A stretch of 63,594 nt of DNA, the filler included, from Chiloscyllium plagiosum (Eukaryota), in NCBI RefSeq assembly GCF_004010195.1. It is 4 parts of one record of this genome, joined end to end, with 100 filler letters (N's around TTAATTAATTAA, not from the genome) between each part and the next. Parts side by side here need not be neighbours in the genome. Positions count along the whole stretch, not along the records: positions 1 to 27,299 come from NC_057717.1; 3 more parts are not named here. One strand, written 5' to 3'. Position numbers and translations under genes: made by a program. This document shows, piece after piece, positions 1 through 11,329 of the stretch; positions within the stretch are counted from its first letter, which is position 1, and each line of letters begins with the position of its first letter. Under the pieces are notes generated by a model, which was not told the origin of the DNA, searched no databases, and saw only the letters and a program-made list of their open reading frames with translations.

Positions 1-29
1 GAATCTGAAACACGATAACACAGTCTCAG

Positions 30-110
30 GAGTTGCTGGAAAAGCTCAGCAGGTCAGGCAGCATCTGTGCAGAGAAATCAGCGTTAATGTTACAGCATCC
101 GCAGTTCATT
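30..110 (-). repeat. Fragment related to the 3' body of the short hammerhead-headed element (no ribozyme core)
   Basis: Minus strand gatgctgcctgacctgctgagcttttccagcaac nearly matches the body of the 19613-19707 and 28724-28814 elements; no CTGANGA/GAAA core is present. Confidence 0.55.
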
Positions 111-448
111 CGGGTTTGATTGACACCCTCTCAGGATAAGGGGCAGGTTATTTGGGATTGAGATGAGGAGACAGCGCTTCACTCTAAGGCCTCTGAATCT
201 TTAATATTCTCTCTCCCTGAGGATTGTGGATGCTCCCTCACTGAGTACATTTCAGATTGGGATAGACAGATTGCCGGGGTCTCAGAGAGTCACGGGATAT
301 GGGGAGTGGATAGGAAACCGGATTTGAAATCTCAAACCAGCTCTGATTGGATTGACTGCCAGAACAGACTGAACAGTTTAAACAGGCTGTATAGTCTCCT
401 CCTACTCACATTTCCTGAGCTCTTAGATGTTTAATGAACGAGTTGTTT

Positions 449-482
449 AATGAAGCAACTAGGAATTCCTAGTTGCTTCATT
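449..482. repeat. Perfect 34-bp palindrome
   Basis: aatgaagcaactaggaattcctagttgcttcatt is its own reverse complement. Confidence 0.95.
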
Positions 483-484
483 CT

Positions 485-680
485 TAGTGTTGTCCCAGTC
501 AAATTCATGTTGCTTGTCGTCTGCGTGTGTGGCTACGAGGGATAGCTGGTCGTGTCGTTTCGTGGCTAGTTGATGTTCATGGATGCGGATCGTTAGCTGT
601 CTTCCTGTTTGTCCTATATGGTGTTTTGTGCAATCCTTGCATGGGATTTTGTACACTACATTAATTTTGCTCATGCTGGG
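485..680 (-). mobile_element. Penelope-like element, GIY-YIG endonuclease N-terminal part (inverted segment)
   Basis: Minus-strand ORF 459..875 contains NVVYKIPCKDCTKHHIGQTGRQLTIRIHEH...HEFDWDNT, the VVY-x-I-x-C-x2-C-x3-(Y)IGQT GIY-YIG pattern typical of Penelope-like elements. Confidence 0.88.
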
Positions 681-683
681 TAT

Positions 684-978
684 AAACACTACCATTATAG
701 GGCAAGCGAAACAAAGAACAGCCAGGGAATTCCTAGAAGCATGGCACTCATCCACAAACTCCATCAACAAACACATCGACCTGGACCCAATATGCCGACC
801 ACTACAGCAGACAGCTGAAACTGACAACCGGAAGTGGCAGGGACAGGCCACTATAAATGCCGGAGGAAACACCACAGAAGCGCTTCACAGGAGGCTCCCA
901 AGCACTGAGGATGTCACCTAGACAGGGGACGAAACGTTTGCAACAAAAACTTCCAGCTCGGCGACAGAACCACAGCAG
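684..978 (+). mobile_element. Penelope-like element, GIY-YIG C-terminal part plus 3' region
   Basis: Plus-strand NTTIIGQAKQRTAREFLEAWHSSTNSINKHIDLDPI continues the minus-strand peptide (R..LEAWH...SIN pattern), followed by a hammerhead motif. Confidence 0.85.
902..941 (+). ncRNA. Minimal hammerhead ribozyme motif in the Penelope-like 3' region
   Basis: gca-CTGAGGA-t-GTCACCT[agac]AGGGGAC-GAAA-CGTT-tgc: core 905-911, stem II 913-930 (6/7 pairs), GAAA 931-934, palindromic ACGT in place of stem III, 3-bp stem I gca/tgc. Confidence 0.78.
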
Positions 979-1218
979 TGGGAAAGGTACCTCGTGTGGA
1001 CTGCAAGAGGACTTTCCACACTTTGTTCCAGGCCAGTTACAGAGCTCCAGGAATTCTGAATGAGGGTCTGAAAAATGCATTGATTGAAGGAGGAGGATCA
1101 GGAAAACAGGATAAAGCTGATGAGATCAGCAGGATTTCTAGGACTAACTCTGTACCATACTTTATTTTCTGCTTCATAAATCTACAATCCGGAGCTCAAC
1201 CCACTCAGAGCAATATAA

Positions 1219-2190
1219 GCTCAGAAACAAATCATTCAGTCCAACACATCCATGCTGAACTGATATGCGATGTCAATCTCATCCTATTTGTCAGAATCTG
1301 GCCCATGTTCCTCTGAACCCTTTTTAATTCCTACACCCACCCAGATATCTTTTAGCTGTTCTAATTGTACCAGCCTCGACTACTTCCTCTGCCCTCTGCG
1401 TGAAAAATGTTCCCCGTATGTCCTTTTATGTTTCCCCTCTCAACTTTAACAGATGCCATCTGCTTCAGGACTTCCCCACCACACGGAAATCACCTTACCT
1501 TTTTACCCTTCATGATTTTGTGAACCTCTATAAGGTTACCCCTCAGCCACTGATGCTCCAGGGATAATAGCACCAACCTATACAGTCTTAACCTCTTGCA
1601 CAATCCCTCAAACCTTGGCAACATCCTTGTAAATCTTTTCTGAACCCTTTAAAGTTTCACAACACCCTTCTTACAGGAGGGAGTCCAGAATTGCACACTA
1701 TGTACCAAAAGTGGCTGAACCAATATTGCAACATGATCTCCAACTCCTTTACATAATTGACTGAGCAATAAAGACAAAAGTGAAAAAACGCTTTGTTCAC
1801 TATCCTATCAAAATGTTAGTCCACATTCAACGATCTGTGAAGCTGCACTCCAGATCTATTTGTTCAGCAACGTCCCTAGTACCTTGTCCATTCAGTGTAT
1901 AAGTCCTGCTCTCTTTTGCGTTTCCAAAATGCAGCACCTCACATTTATCTAAATTAATCTCCATCTGCCACTCCTCAGCCCATTGGCCCATCTGATCAAG
2001 ATCCCGTTGCCCTCTGAGATAACCATCTTCCCTGTCCTCCACACCTCCAATTTTACTGTTATTTGCAAACTTACTAACCATTCGTCCTATGGCCACATCC
2101 AAATCATTTATATAAATGACAAAACAACAGTGGACCCAGCACCGATCCTTGGGGCACACTGCTGTTCACAGGCCTCCAGTCTGAAAAGCA
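1219..2190 (-). mobile_element. CR1-family LINE 3' part (RT C-terminus and 3' UTR), decayed
   Basis: ORF 1827..2159 FVIYINDLDV...SKFANNSKIGGV...DLDQMGQWAEEWQMEINLDKCEVLHFG matches CR1 RT (degenerate FADD); many stops and frameshifts. Confidence 0.9.
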
Positions 2191-2846
2191 NNNNNNNNNN
2201 NNNNNNNNNNNNNNNNNNNNNNNNNNNNNNNNNNNNNNNNNNNNNNNNNNNNNNNNNNNNNNNNNNNNNNNNNNNNNNNNNNNNNNNNNNNNNNNNNNNN
2301 NNNNNNNNNNNNNNNNNNNNNNNNNNNNNNNNNNNNNNNNNNNNNNNNNNNNNNNNNNNNNNNNNNNNNNNNNNNNNNNNNNNNNNNNNNNNNNNNNNNN
2401 NNNNNNNNNNNNNNNNNNNNNNNNNNNNNNNNNNNNNNNNNNNNNNNNNNNNNNNNNNNNNNNNNNNNNNNNNNNNNNNNNNNNNNNNNNNNNNNNNNNN
2501 NNNNNNNNNNNNNNNNNNNNNNNNNNNNNNNNNNNNNNNNNNNNNNNNNNNNNNNNNNNNNNNNNNNNNNNNNNNNNNNNNNNNNNNNNNNNNNNNNNNN
2601 NNNNNNNNNNNNNNNNNNNNNNNNNNNNNNNNNNNNNNNNNNNNNNNNNNNNNNNNNNNNNNNNNNNNNNNNNNNNNNNNNNNNNNNNNNAGAGTGTTTC
2701 CGGAATGGAAAAGGTTACACAGTTAAGGAGGGATGTTGGAGCTGTGGGAGTTCACAGACACTCGGAGGTTTGAAGGGGTTGGGGCTGATTATGGATAGAT
2801 GGATATATTTAGGGGCAGTAATATGGAACGCAGAGGGAGAGTTTAT

Positions 2847-3133
2847 ATTAGATTCCCTACAGCATGAGAAAAGGTACTTCGGCCCAACAAGTCCACACCA
2901 ACTCTCCGAAGAGTAATCCACCCAGACACACTTCTTTCCGACAATGCACCTAACACTATGGACAATTTAGCATGGCCGATTCACCTGACCTGCACGTCTT
3001 TGGACTGTGGGAGGAAACTGGAACACCTGGAGGAAACCCACGCAGACACGGGGAGAAGGTGCAAACTCCACACAGACAGACAGTCACCTAACGCTGGAAT
3101 CGAACCTGGGTCCCTGGCACTGTGAGGCACCAT
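2847..3133 (-). mobile_element. HE1-like tRNA-derived V-SINE, 5'-deleted
   Basis: Minus strand B-box ggttcgattcc, V-domain ctgtgtggagtttgcac...gtgggtttcctcc, LINE-like tail; the A-box present in the paralog at 47250 is deleted here. Confidence 0.88.
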
Positions 3134-3967
3134 ACTTGAAAAGGGTGTGGAGGTGTTCATATCGGTAAGGAGGTCGGTAGGGTTGGGAGAAGGTTACTGT
3201 GGTCGTGTGGTGCTATAGGCCAGGAGGCAGGAGTGTGATCGGACCTGCAGAATGTTACAGTGATATCATGTTTTCTCGGGGCTTGAGGAAAGTACACAGG
3301 TGGGTATTTTGCTCCAGGCTGGAGGATTTTACAGAGATGGGGTTACTGTAAGTATTGTGCAAAACTACAGAAATAGGAATTATTGTACTGAGTGCAGGAT
3401 CAGATTATTGAGATTGGGCATGTTATCGACATTGGAGCAATTTACACATAGAGAGAGTTGTCAGCATTGGAGTAGGTTTCAAATATACAACAGGAATATG
3501 GGAGGAGTGGCGGTTACAGAACTAGGAAAATTTCTGGGAATTACAAGCATTGTAATTGCTTGTGCCAATGTAATTGTGCCAATTACATTGGCACAAACAA
3601 GTTAGACCGAAAGACATGTTTCCTTGCTATATGACTCTATCACATGATAAGAGATAGCGTGAGGAGGGAATATAGAACAGACAGATCCCAGGTTTCAATA
3701 CCATCTCCTTGAGGGAGGCCTGCTTTTCCCTCTGTTGTACTGATCCTCACTAAGACAGCACAGGCCTGAATTGATAACTGTCAACTTACTGTATTGACAT
3801 AGGAAGGCTCAGTACAGCAGAGATGAAAATTAACAAGAGGGTGGGGTTTGAGCTTGGGACCATTATGTTCTGTGTTCGTGCTTCAACACCGTATCTATGT
3901 CATGTCTTCTGGACCAAAGTTCGGTCCCTTAAATACACTCTGCTCTGTTCACTGTGAGTGATCTTAC

Positions 3968-4095
3968 CTCACTGCAGGATTTACTGAAGGCTCCAGATCT
4001 CACTGCCCATGTCTCTGGCTGACCAACTGTCTTCAGTGTGGTGGTGGACGAAACAGGAATTGGGAATTCTGCTGAGTCAGGAGCATCCTGAGTAC
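3968..4095 (-). other. Putative non-coding (UTR-type) exon, copy A (128 nt)
   Basis: Minus strand: CTAAT branch motif, pyrimidine tract, tcctatAG|gtactc ... gag|GTAAGA donor; paralogous to 46227-46355 and 58180-58314. Confidence 0.55.
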
Positions 4096-4729
4096 CTATA
4101 GGAGACAGAGAAATGAACAGAATGGGAAATTAGACTGATGCAGTGTGGTTACATATGAAGAATGTCACCGAGTCCCACAGAGACCTGGAAAATCCCAGTC
4201 TACAGCCCTGGCCTGTGCTGCCTGTCTCTCTGGAGAGGAAAATTCTGTTGCCTCAGTATCTGGAGTAGCTGCAAAAGGTGCAGTCACCGGCAGCAATTAG
4301 ACCCTCACAGTGACAGATATCACATGGAGAGATACTGTGTGATAGCACCAGAGCGCAGGAAGTTATTAGGATCAAATCACGGTCAGGAAGAAGGTGCACT
4401 GGGATCAGTGCTCAGGGATGAGGGAGCTATCAGTGGACCAGGCAATGACCTCGTGTTACTCTCACGAGACGGTTCATGCAGACTTAATGCCAGAGTCAGG
4501 GATACACATCTAACCGCTTAATAATACCCTTTCAGTAAGCAAATCTGTTGTAGGCTGCAAGTCTGGCCTACATATGAATCCAGACCCAGAGCAATGGGAT
4601 TGGCACTCAAATGCCCACTGTAATGGTCTGGCAAGCCACTCATCTATAAGGCTGGTCAGGGTGGGCATACGTTGCTGGTCAGCCAGACACAGCAACATCC
4701 CATGAGTGATTTAAAATCAACATTGCTGG

Positions 4730-5720
4730 GAGCAGTGTCCTGGCCATTCATGTGGGTAGGTTTATGGACAGGGCTTTAAACTGACGTGGAGGGTGCAGGG
4801 ACATAGTTCAGATGAAAGGAGCTTTCCAAATCCAAAGAGAAAATGTGAAGCCTCGGAACAATATGGGGATGTAGCTGAAGGCAAGCAGAAAAGAACAAGA
4901 AGGGACAGAGTTTAACTAAAACTGTACATCAATGAATCGGTTTGTGACAGGACATTGTGGGGAAGAGGAAATTATAATGTTGCTTTTTTTTGGAATGGAC
5001 AAAGGTAATAGACTTGGGACGCAGAGATAAATGAGATTTAGTCACCAGACAGACGTGGTTACAGGTTGAACAAAAGGTGGAACATAAATATTCAACGGTA
5101 AACAACCTTATAGGATCTCATACAGAATGGAAAAACAAGATGGGAACCCTGACATTAATGGATAACAAAGGCATTACAGAGAAAGCATTTGGCCTCAGAT
5201 TATGCAGCTGAATCAGCCTGAATGCAAATTCTGGGTGCTATGTGTCAAAAACACAAGCAGGAGAACAGTTTTTATGTTGCCTTGCGGTATTTCATTGCTC
5301 ATCCCTGCATTAAACAGGAATTCATTAGAATTTGTAGCAAAGGTGGTGAAGTAATTTTTGGAGACTTCAATCTTTGTATAATCTGGGACAGACACATTGG
5401 CAAGAGTGATATTATCCGAGATCCTCCTTGAATGCTTTTGTCAGTGTTTCTTTGAATAACACAAATAGCTAGGGATGTAGCTACCTCGGAACAACCGTTG
5501 GGTGATGAAGCTGAGTGAATGAGTAATATCACACCGAGATACTCCAAGACATTATACCGGAATTCAAAGAGATTATGACACTTTAAAGTGACCATAAAGC
5601 ACACCCGAGCATCAGTAACAAAGACCATTATATGATTTTGAGAGAGAACTGACCAAGGTAAACAGGGGAAACATGACTGAAATGTCAGGCTGTAAATGAA
5701 CAGTGGAAAACATTTAAAGC
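4730..5720 (+). mobile_element. Old, highly decayed CR1-like 5' region (ORF1 end/endonuclease)
   Basis: Residual endonuclease motif EVIFGDFNL (ORF 5222..5431); diverged sister copy at 9715-10720. Confidence 0.55.
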
Positions 5721-7090
5721 CAGAGAGTCCTAGAGACCAGCAGCACATAAGTGGACCCTTCGGTCCAACTCGTCTACACCGACCAGATATCATTTCCTAA
5801 CCTCGTCCTATCTGCCAGCACTTGGTCCATATCCCAATAAACCCTTTTTATCCATATACCAATCCAGATGCCTTTTGAATGCTGCAATTGTACCAGACTC
5901 CATCACTTCCTTTGGCAGTACATTCCAAACATAAGCACACTCTGCATGAAAAGGTTGCCCCTTAGGTCCCTTTTAAATCTTTCATCTCACCTTAAACCTA
6001 CGCCCTCCATTTCTGGTCTCCACCACCCCAGGGAAAAGACCTTGTCTGTTTATCCTACCCTTGCCCCTCATGATTTTATAAACCTCAAGAATGTCACCCC
6101 TTAGCCGCTGACGCTCCAGGGAAAACAGTCTCAGTCGTTTCAGCCTCTCCCAAAAGCTCAAATCCTCCAAGCCTGGCAACATCCTTGTAAAACTTTTCTA
6201 AACACTTTCACGTTTCACAACATCCTTCCAATAGGAAAAAGANNNNNNNNNNNNNNNNNNNNNNNNNNNNNNNNNNNNNNNNNNNNNNNNNNNNNNNNNN
6301 NNNNNNNNNNNNNNNNNNNNNNNNNNNNNNNNNNNNNNNNNNNNNNNNNNNNNNNNNNNNNNNNNNNNNNNNNNNNNNNNNNNNNNNNNNNNNNNCTCCA
6401 AGAAATTATACCGGAATTCAAAGAGATTATGACAATTTAAAGTGACCATAAAGCACACCGAGCATCAGTAACAAAGACCATTATATGATTTTGAGAGAGA
6501 ACTGACCAAGGTAAACAGGGGAAACAGACTGAAATGTCAGGCTGTAAATGAACAGTGGAAAACATTCAGAGCCAGAGAGACCTAGAGACGTACAGCACAT
6601 AAATGGACCCTTCGGTCCAACTCGTCTACACCGATCAGATATCCTTTCCTAATCTCGTCCTATCTGCCAGCACTTGGCCTATATCCCAATAAACCCATTT
6701 TATCCATATACCAATCCAGATGCCTTTTGAATGCTGCAATTGTACCAGACTCCATCACTTCCTCTGGCAGTACATTCCAAACATAAGCACACTCTGTGTG
6801 AAAAGGTTGCCCCTTAGGTCCCTTTTAAATCTTTCATCTCACCTTAAACCTACATTTCTGGTCTCCACCACCCCAGGGAAAAGACCTTGTCTGTTTATCC
6901 TACCCTTGCCCCTCATGATTTTATAAACCTCAAGAATGTCACCCCTTAGCCGCTGACGCTCCAGGGAAAACAGTCTCAGTCGTTTCAGCCTCTCCCAAAA
7001 GCTCAAATCCTCCAAGCCTGGCAACATCCTTGTAAAACTTTTCTAAACACTTTCACGTTTCACAACATCCTTCCAATAGGAAAAAGACCA
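5540..7090. repeat. Direct duplication across a gap (about 5540-6242 and 6396-7090) including a CR1 3' end on the minus strand
   Basis: Near-identical text either side of the gap at 6243-6395; both encode MLPGLEDLSFWERLKRLRLFSLERQRLRGD on minus; single copy in block B (about 44290-45000). Confidence 0.85.
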
Positions 7091-7221
7091 GAACTGCATG
7101 CAATATCCCAAATGTGGCCTAACCAGTGTGCTGTACAGCTGCAACATGACCTCCGAACTCCTATAATCAATGCTCTGACCAATAAAGGAAAGCATACCAA
7201 ACACCTTCTTCACTATCCGCT

Positions 7222-7670
7222 TACCGAGGTAACACTTACGGGGGCACGGGCGTGGACATGGATTGGACGGTGGGTGTGGTGGTCGGGGGGCGGTGTTGAA
7301 CGGGTTTGGGGAAGGGCTGAGGGTGATGTAGGGTGTGTCTGGGAGGTGGGGACAGGCGGCGGGTGGAGGGTGGTGTCAGATGGTTTTGGGGGCAGAATTC
7401 GCTGTTGGGTCGGTTTGGGGCGGCGACGTTGAGAAGCGGGTGGGGGCGATGTTGGATAAGTTTGGAGGCGAGCGGGGTGTGTTTTGGGGATTTGGCAGGG
7501 TGTGGGGGCTCGCACATGGCTTGCTGCTGCCTAGTCACCTGAACAGGGTGCAGACATTTACTGAAAACGCCGAGCCCCAGAGGAAAGGTATTGAATTGAT
7601 TAACCGAATAATCAATTACACAAACGAAATAGCACCCGACCATCTCGTCCAGATAATCGAGGTTCCTCTA
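7222..7670 (-). mobile_element. pogo/Tigger-like DNA transposon end plus GC-skewed internal segment (copy A)
   Basis: Minus strand TA|tagaggaacctcgattatctgg resembles TA|CAG..aacctcgattatcc pogo/Tigger-type termini; paralog at 43721-44165; no second terminus seen. Confidence 0.55.
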
Positions 7671-7679
7671 TAAACCATC

Positions 7680-8620
7680 TGGACTATACCCTAGTGTTGT
7701 GTGAGTTTTACCTTCACCCAATCAATCCCTGCTCGATCCTGCTGAATGGCCCCAATATCGGCCCAGTTCCAGGTTAAGACCTAAATCTGTCAACCTGTCT
7801 GATCTTTTTCCACAACTATGTTAAAACAAGGACAGTTGTGGTGACTGGACGCAATGTGCTCTCCGACTGGTACTTTAGTCACTTGCCTGACCTCGTTTTC
7901 TGAGGACAGGTCCAGTGTTGCACCCGCCTGAGTAGCGTAGAGCCCTCTACGTCTTGATTTAGGAAACTTTCTTGGACGCATTTTCCAAATTCCACCCAGT
8001 ATGGGCCTTTGACGCTCTGGGTGACCCAGTCAATCCAGGGGAAGTTAAAATCTCCATCCAATACTACTCTATTATTTTTATAGGTACCTGCAAACTCACT
8101 ACACATTTGCTCCTCTCGTACCCTCTGGCTATGTGAGGGTCTAGAACACAATCCCAGCAGACTGACCATCCCCTCTTTGTTTCTAACTTTTAAATTTCCG
8201 GCCTCATTTGATGACTGCTTAACAGAATGGATGCACAGTTGTTATGCCCTTCCTAATCAAAAGGACAACTCCCCTCCTCACTTACTTGTGCTTCTGTCCC
8301 GCCTGTAGCTTCTGTACCCTGGAACACTGAGCTGCCGGTCCTGCCCTTCTCTGAGCCATGTTTCTATTATGGCTGTAATATCTCAGTCCCCAGAGCTAAT
8401 CCATGCTCTGAGCTCATCTGCCTTACCTCGTGTATTAAGATAAATGCCCTTTAAACCGAAAGTCTTTTCCCTCCCTCGACTGTGCCCCTGGATATCCTGA
8501 ATAGGTAACTTGCTCTTGATGGATGATTTATTTCCCCTGACTTTTCGATGGTCCCTCTCTCACTCAGAGTCTCAACTCCCTGCCAAAGTAGTTTAAATCC
8601 TCCTGGGTAACACTAGCAAA
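7680..8620 (-). mobile_element. CR1 LINE endonuclease region, decayed
   Basis: NNRVVLDGDFNFPWIDW, FGKCVQESFLNQDVEG and ATLDL...VGEH...SHHN are CR1 APE-like endonuclease motifs. Confidence 0.88.
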
Positions 8621-9054
8621 TCTCCTCCCTGGGATATTTGTACCCTTTTGTTTCAAGTGCAGACCATCCCCTTTGTACAGGTCCTATCTACCCTAGAAGA
8701 GATCCCAATGACCCAAGAACTGAAAACTCTCCCCGCTATACCAGCTCCTCAGCCACAGATCCATCTGGCCTACCTTTCTATTTCTATCCTCACTGGCACT
8801 TNNNNNNNNNNNNNNNNNNNNNNNNNNNNNNNNNNNNNNNNNNNNNNNNNNNNNNNNNNNNNNNNNNNNNNNNNNNNNNNNNNNNNNNNNNNNNNNNNNN
8901 NNNNNNNNNNNNNNNNNNNNNNNNNNNNNNNNNNNNNNNNNNNNNNNNNNNNNNNNNNNNNNNNNNNNNNNNNNNNNNNNNNNNNNNNNNNNNNNNNNNN
9001 NNNNNNNNNNNNNNNNNNNNNNNNNNNNNNNNNNNNNNNNNNNNNNNNNNNNNA

Positions 9055-9510
9055 ATACTGATCAAGTGATATCGTGAGTTTGATAAAGAAAGTACAGTGC
9101 AATAAAATCAGGTGAAGCCATTCACAAGTATAGAGAGTGCAAGAGGATTGTGGAAAATGGGGGACAAATAATGGTCACGAAATATATTTGGCAGATACGA
9201 TTGCGGAAAAGCCACAGGTATTTTATCAGCATCGTGAGAGCAAGAGGATTCACAGCGAAAGAAGAAGGCCTGTGAGAAACCAAAGGGACAATCTGTGCAT
9301 GGAGCCAGAGAAAGCAGGTGAGGTCTTCAATGAATACTTCCCATCTGTATTCACACAGGAGAAAGACATTATAGCCGCGGATTTCAGTTGGGATGCTGAG
9401 GTTCCAGAACATGTTAAGATCAATAAAGAGGGGGTATTAAATGTTTTCACAGGCATAAAGATGGAGAAATACCCAGTGCCCAATGAAATGTATCCCAGGC
9501 TGCTATGTCA
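9055..9510 (+). mobile_element. CR1 LINE ORF2 linker fragment
   Basis: NLCMEPEKAGEVFNEYFPSVFTQE and KYPVPNEMYPRLL (the KSPGPD..YPR motif, decayed). Confidence 0.8.
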
Positions 9511-11329
9511 TTCAGAGAAGGACATCTGCCCATCCTCACGTGGTCTGCACGACATTGCCACAGCAAAGTATTGGCCTCCCAACTACCCTCTTCAAAGGCC
9601 GAGCAAGTTACTCAGTTCAAGGGCAGCTAGGACTGGGCAAGAAAGGCTGGTCAGCCAGAGACACCCACATCCCATACCTGATTTAATAAATAATCCATGA
9701 GGATGGTCCCACTGGAACCGTGCTGGGACCAGGGTCCTGGCCGATCATGTCAGTAGGTTTATGGACAGGGCTTTTAACTGACAGAGAGGATGCTGGGACA
9801 GTTTCCTGGTGAAAGGAACTTCCCAAATCCAAAGAGAAAAGGTGAAGCAATGGAACAGCATGGGGATGTGGCTGAAGTCAAGTAAAAAGGAACAGGAAGG
9901 GACAGAGTTTCACTAAAACTGTACATCAGCGAATAGATTTATGACACAAAATTATGGGAAAGAGTAAGTTATGTTTTTGTTTTAATGGACAACGTCACTG
10001 TAATAAGGTAGATGGATTTGTGACACATTAATAAAAGAGATTTAGACACTAGGGAGACATGGATAGAGGGTGAACAAAAATATTCAATGGTTCACAATCT
10101 TGCGGAAACTGAGGAAAAATGGGTAACACTAAAAATAATGGATAACAAAGGCATTGCAGAGAAAGCATTTGGCTGCAGATCATGAAGTAGAGTCAGTCTG
10201 AATGTAAATTCTGGCTACGATTTGCCAAGGACACAAGCAGCAAAAGAGTTTTAGCCACTGAACAGTATTCCATTGTTCAACACTGCATTAAACTAGAAAT
10301 CATTGGAATATTTTAACAAAGGCGTTGTGATAATTTTGGAAAACTTCAATATTCGTATAATCTGGGACAAACACACGGTCAACATTGATATTCGAAGAGG
10401 ACTTGGGTTATTTTTTTTTCAGTGTTTCTTTAAAAAACACATTGTGCAACTGGCTAGGGGCATAACTATCTCAGAGCGACCGTGTAATGAAACTTAGTGA
10501 ATGAGTAATGTCACCGGGAGAGATCCTTTGGGAAATTGTGTTAAAGTGCAGTTTAAATAAATATAAAGTTTTAAAGTGAATCACAGAGGACAAGCTACAA
10601 CTAGAAACAAAAATAGCCAATTACATGTGTGTGAGAGGAGAACTGACCAAGGTAAACACGCTAGACAGACTGAAACATGTGCCTGTAAATGGACAGTGGA
10701 AAACATTTAATGGAACAGTATAAAACACTCAACAGAAGGACATTCCATTGAAACAGTGTAAACCTCAGCAAGAAATCCCCACTGGTCCCGCACTCAGGAG
10801 AAAATGGATCATATTAGATTATGAGGCTGAGAAGTACTTAAAATTCTGAAGTGAGAGAGTGTTTTAGGAGTAAATGTTAAATGGATTGCAAAAGTTCTGC
10901 TCGCAGGAGGAGGGCAGTGGTAAGGGGAATCATTGTCAGGGTTTAATGACACAACAGGAACAGGGAGAGGTGAAGGTGCTGGAGGTGGTGCGAGTGCTAC
11001 AGAGAGTGGTCAGGGTCTGAACGGTGTTACAAAGCCAGTACAGATTGCTGCAGCTGGAGGGGTTTGCAGAGATTGGGAGGGACATATGTATTTTTATTTA
11101 ATCATTCATTGGATGTGGGTGTCACTGCCTGGACTAACATTCTTTGACCCCACTGCTAATTACCCAGAGGGTAGCTCAGAGTCAGCCATATTGCTGTGGG
11201 TCTGGAGTCAAACCTTGGACAGACCAGGTTAGAATATTTTATGTCCTTCCTTAAAGGAGATCAGTGAACTGGATGAGTTCTTCCTACTGATCAACAATGA
11301 TTTTATGATGGTCCCACCAATGTCTTTTA

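Noticed and set aside
5540..7090. Biological tandem duplication (likewise 51857-53053)
   Set aside because: The copies sit directly either side of an N gap, which is typical of unmerged overlapping contig ends or haplotypes; cannot be resolved here.
7112..7673. Overlapping Pro/Gly-rich ORFs (and 43776-44175)
   Set aside because: A by-product of G/C skew; frames and stops are not conserved between the two paralogs and no domain is recognisable.
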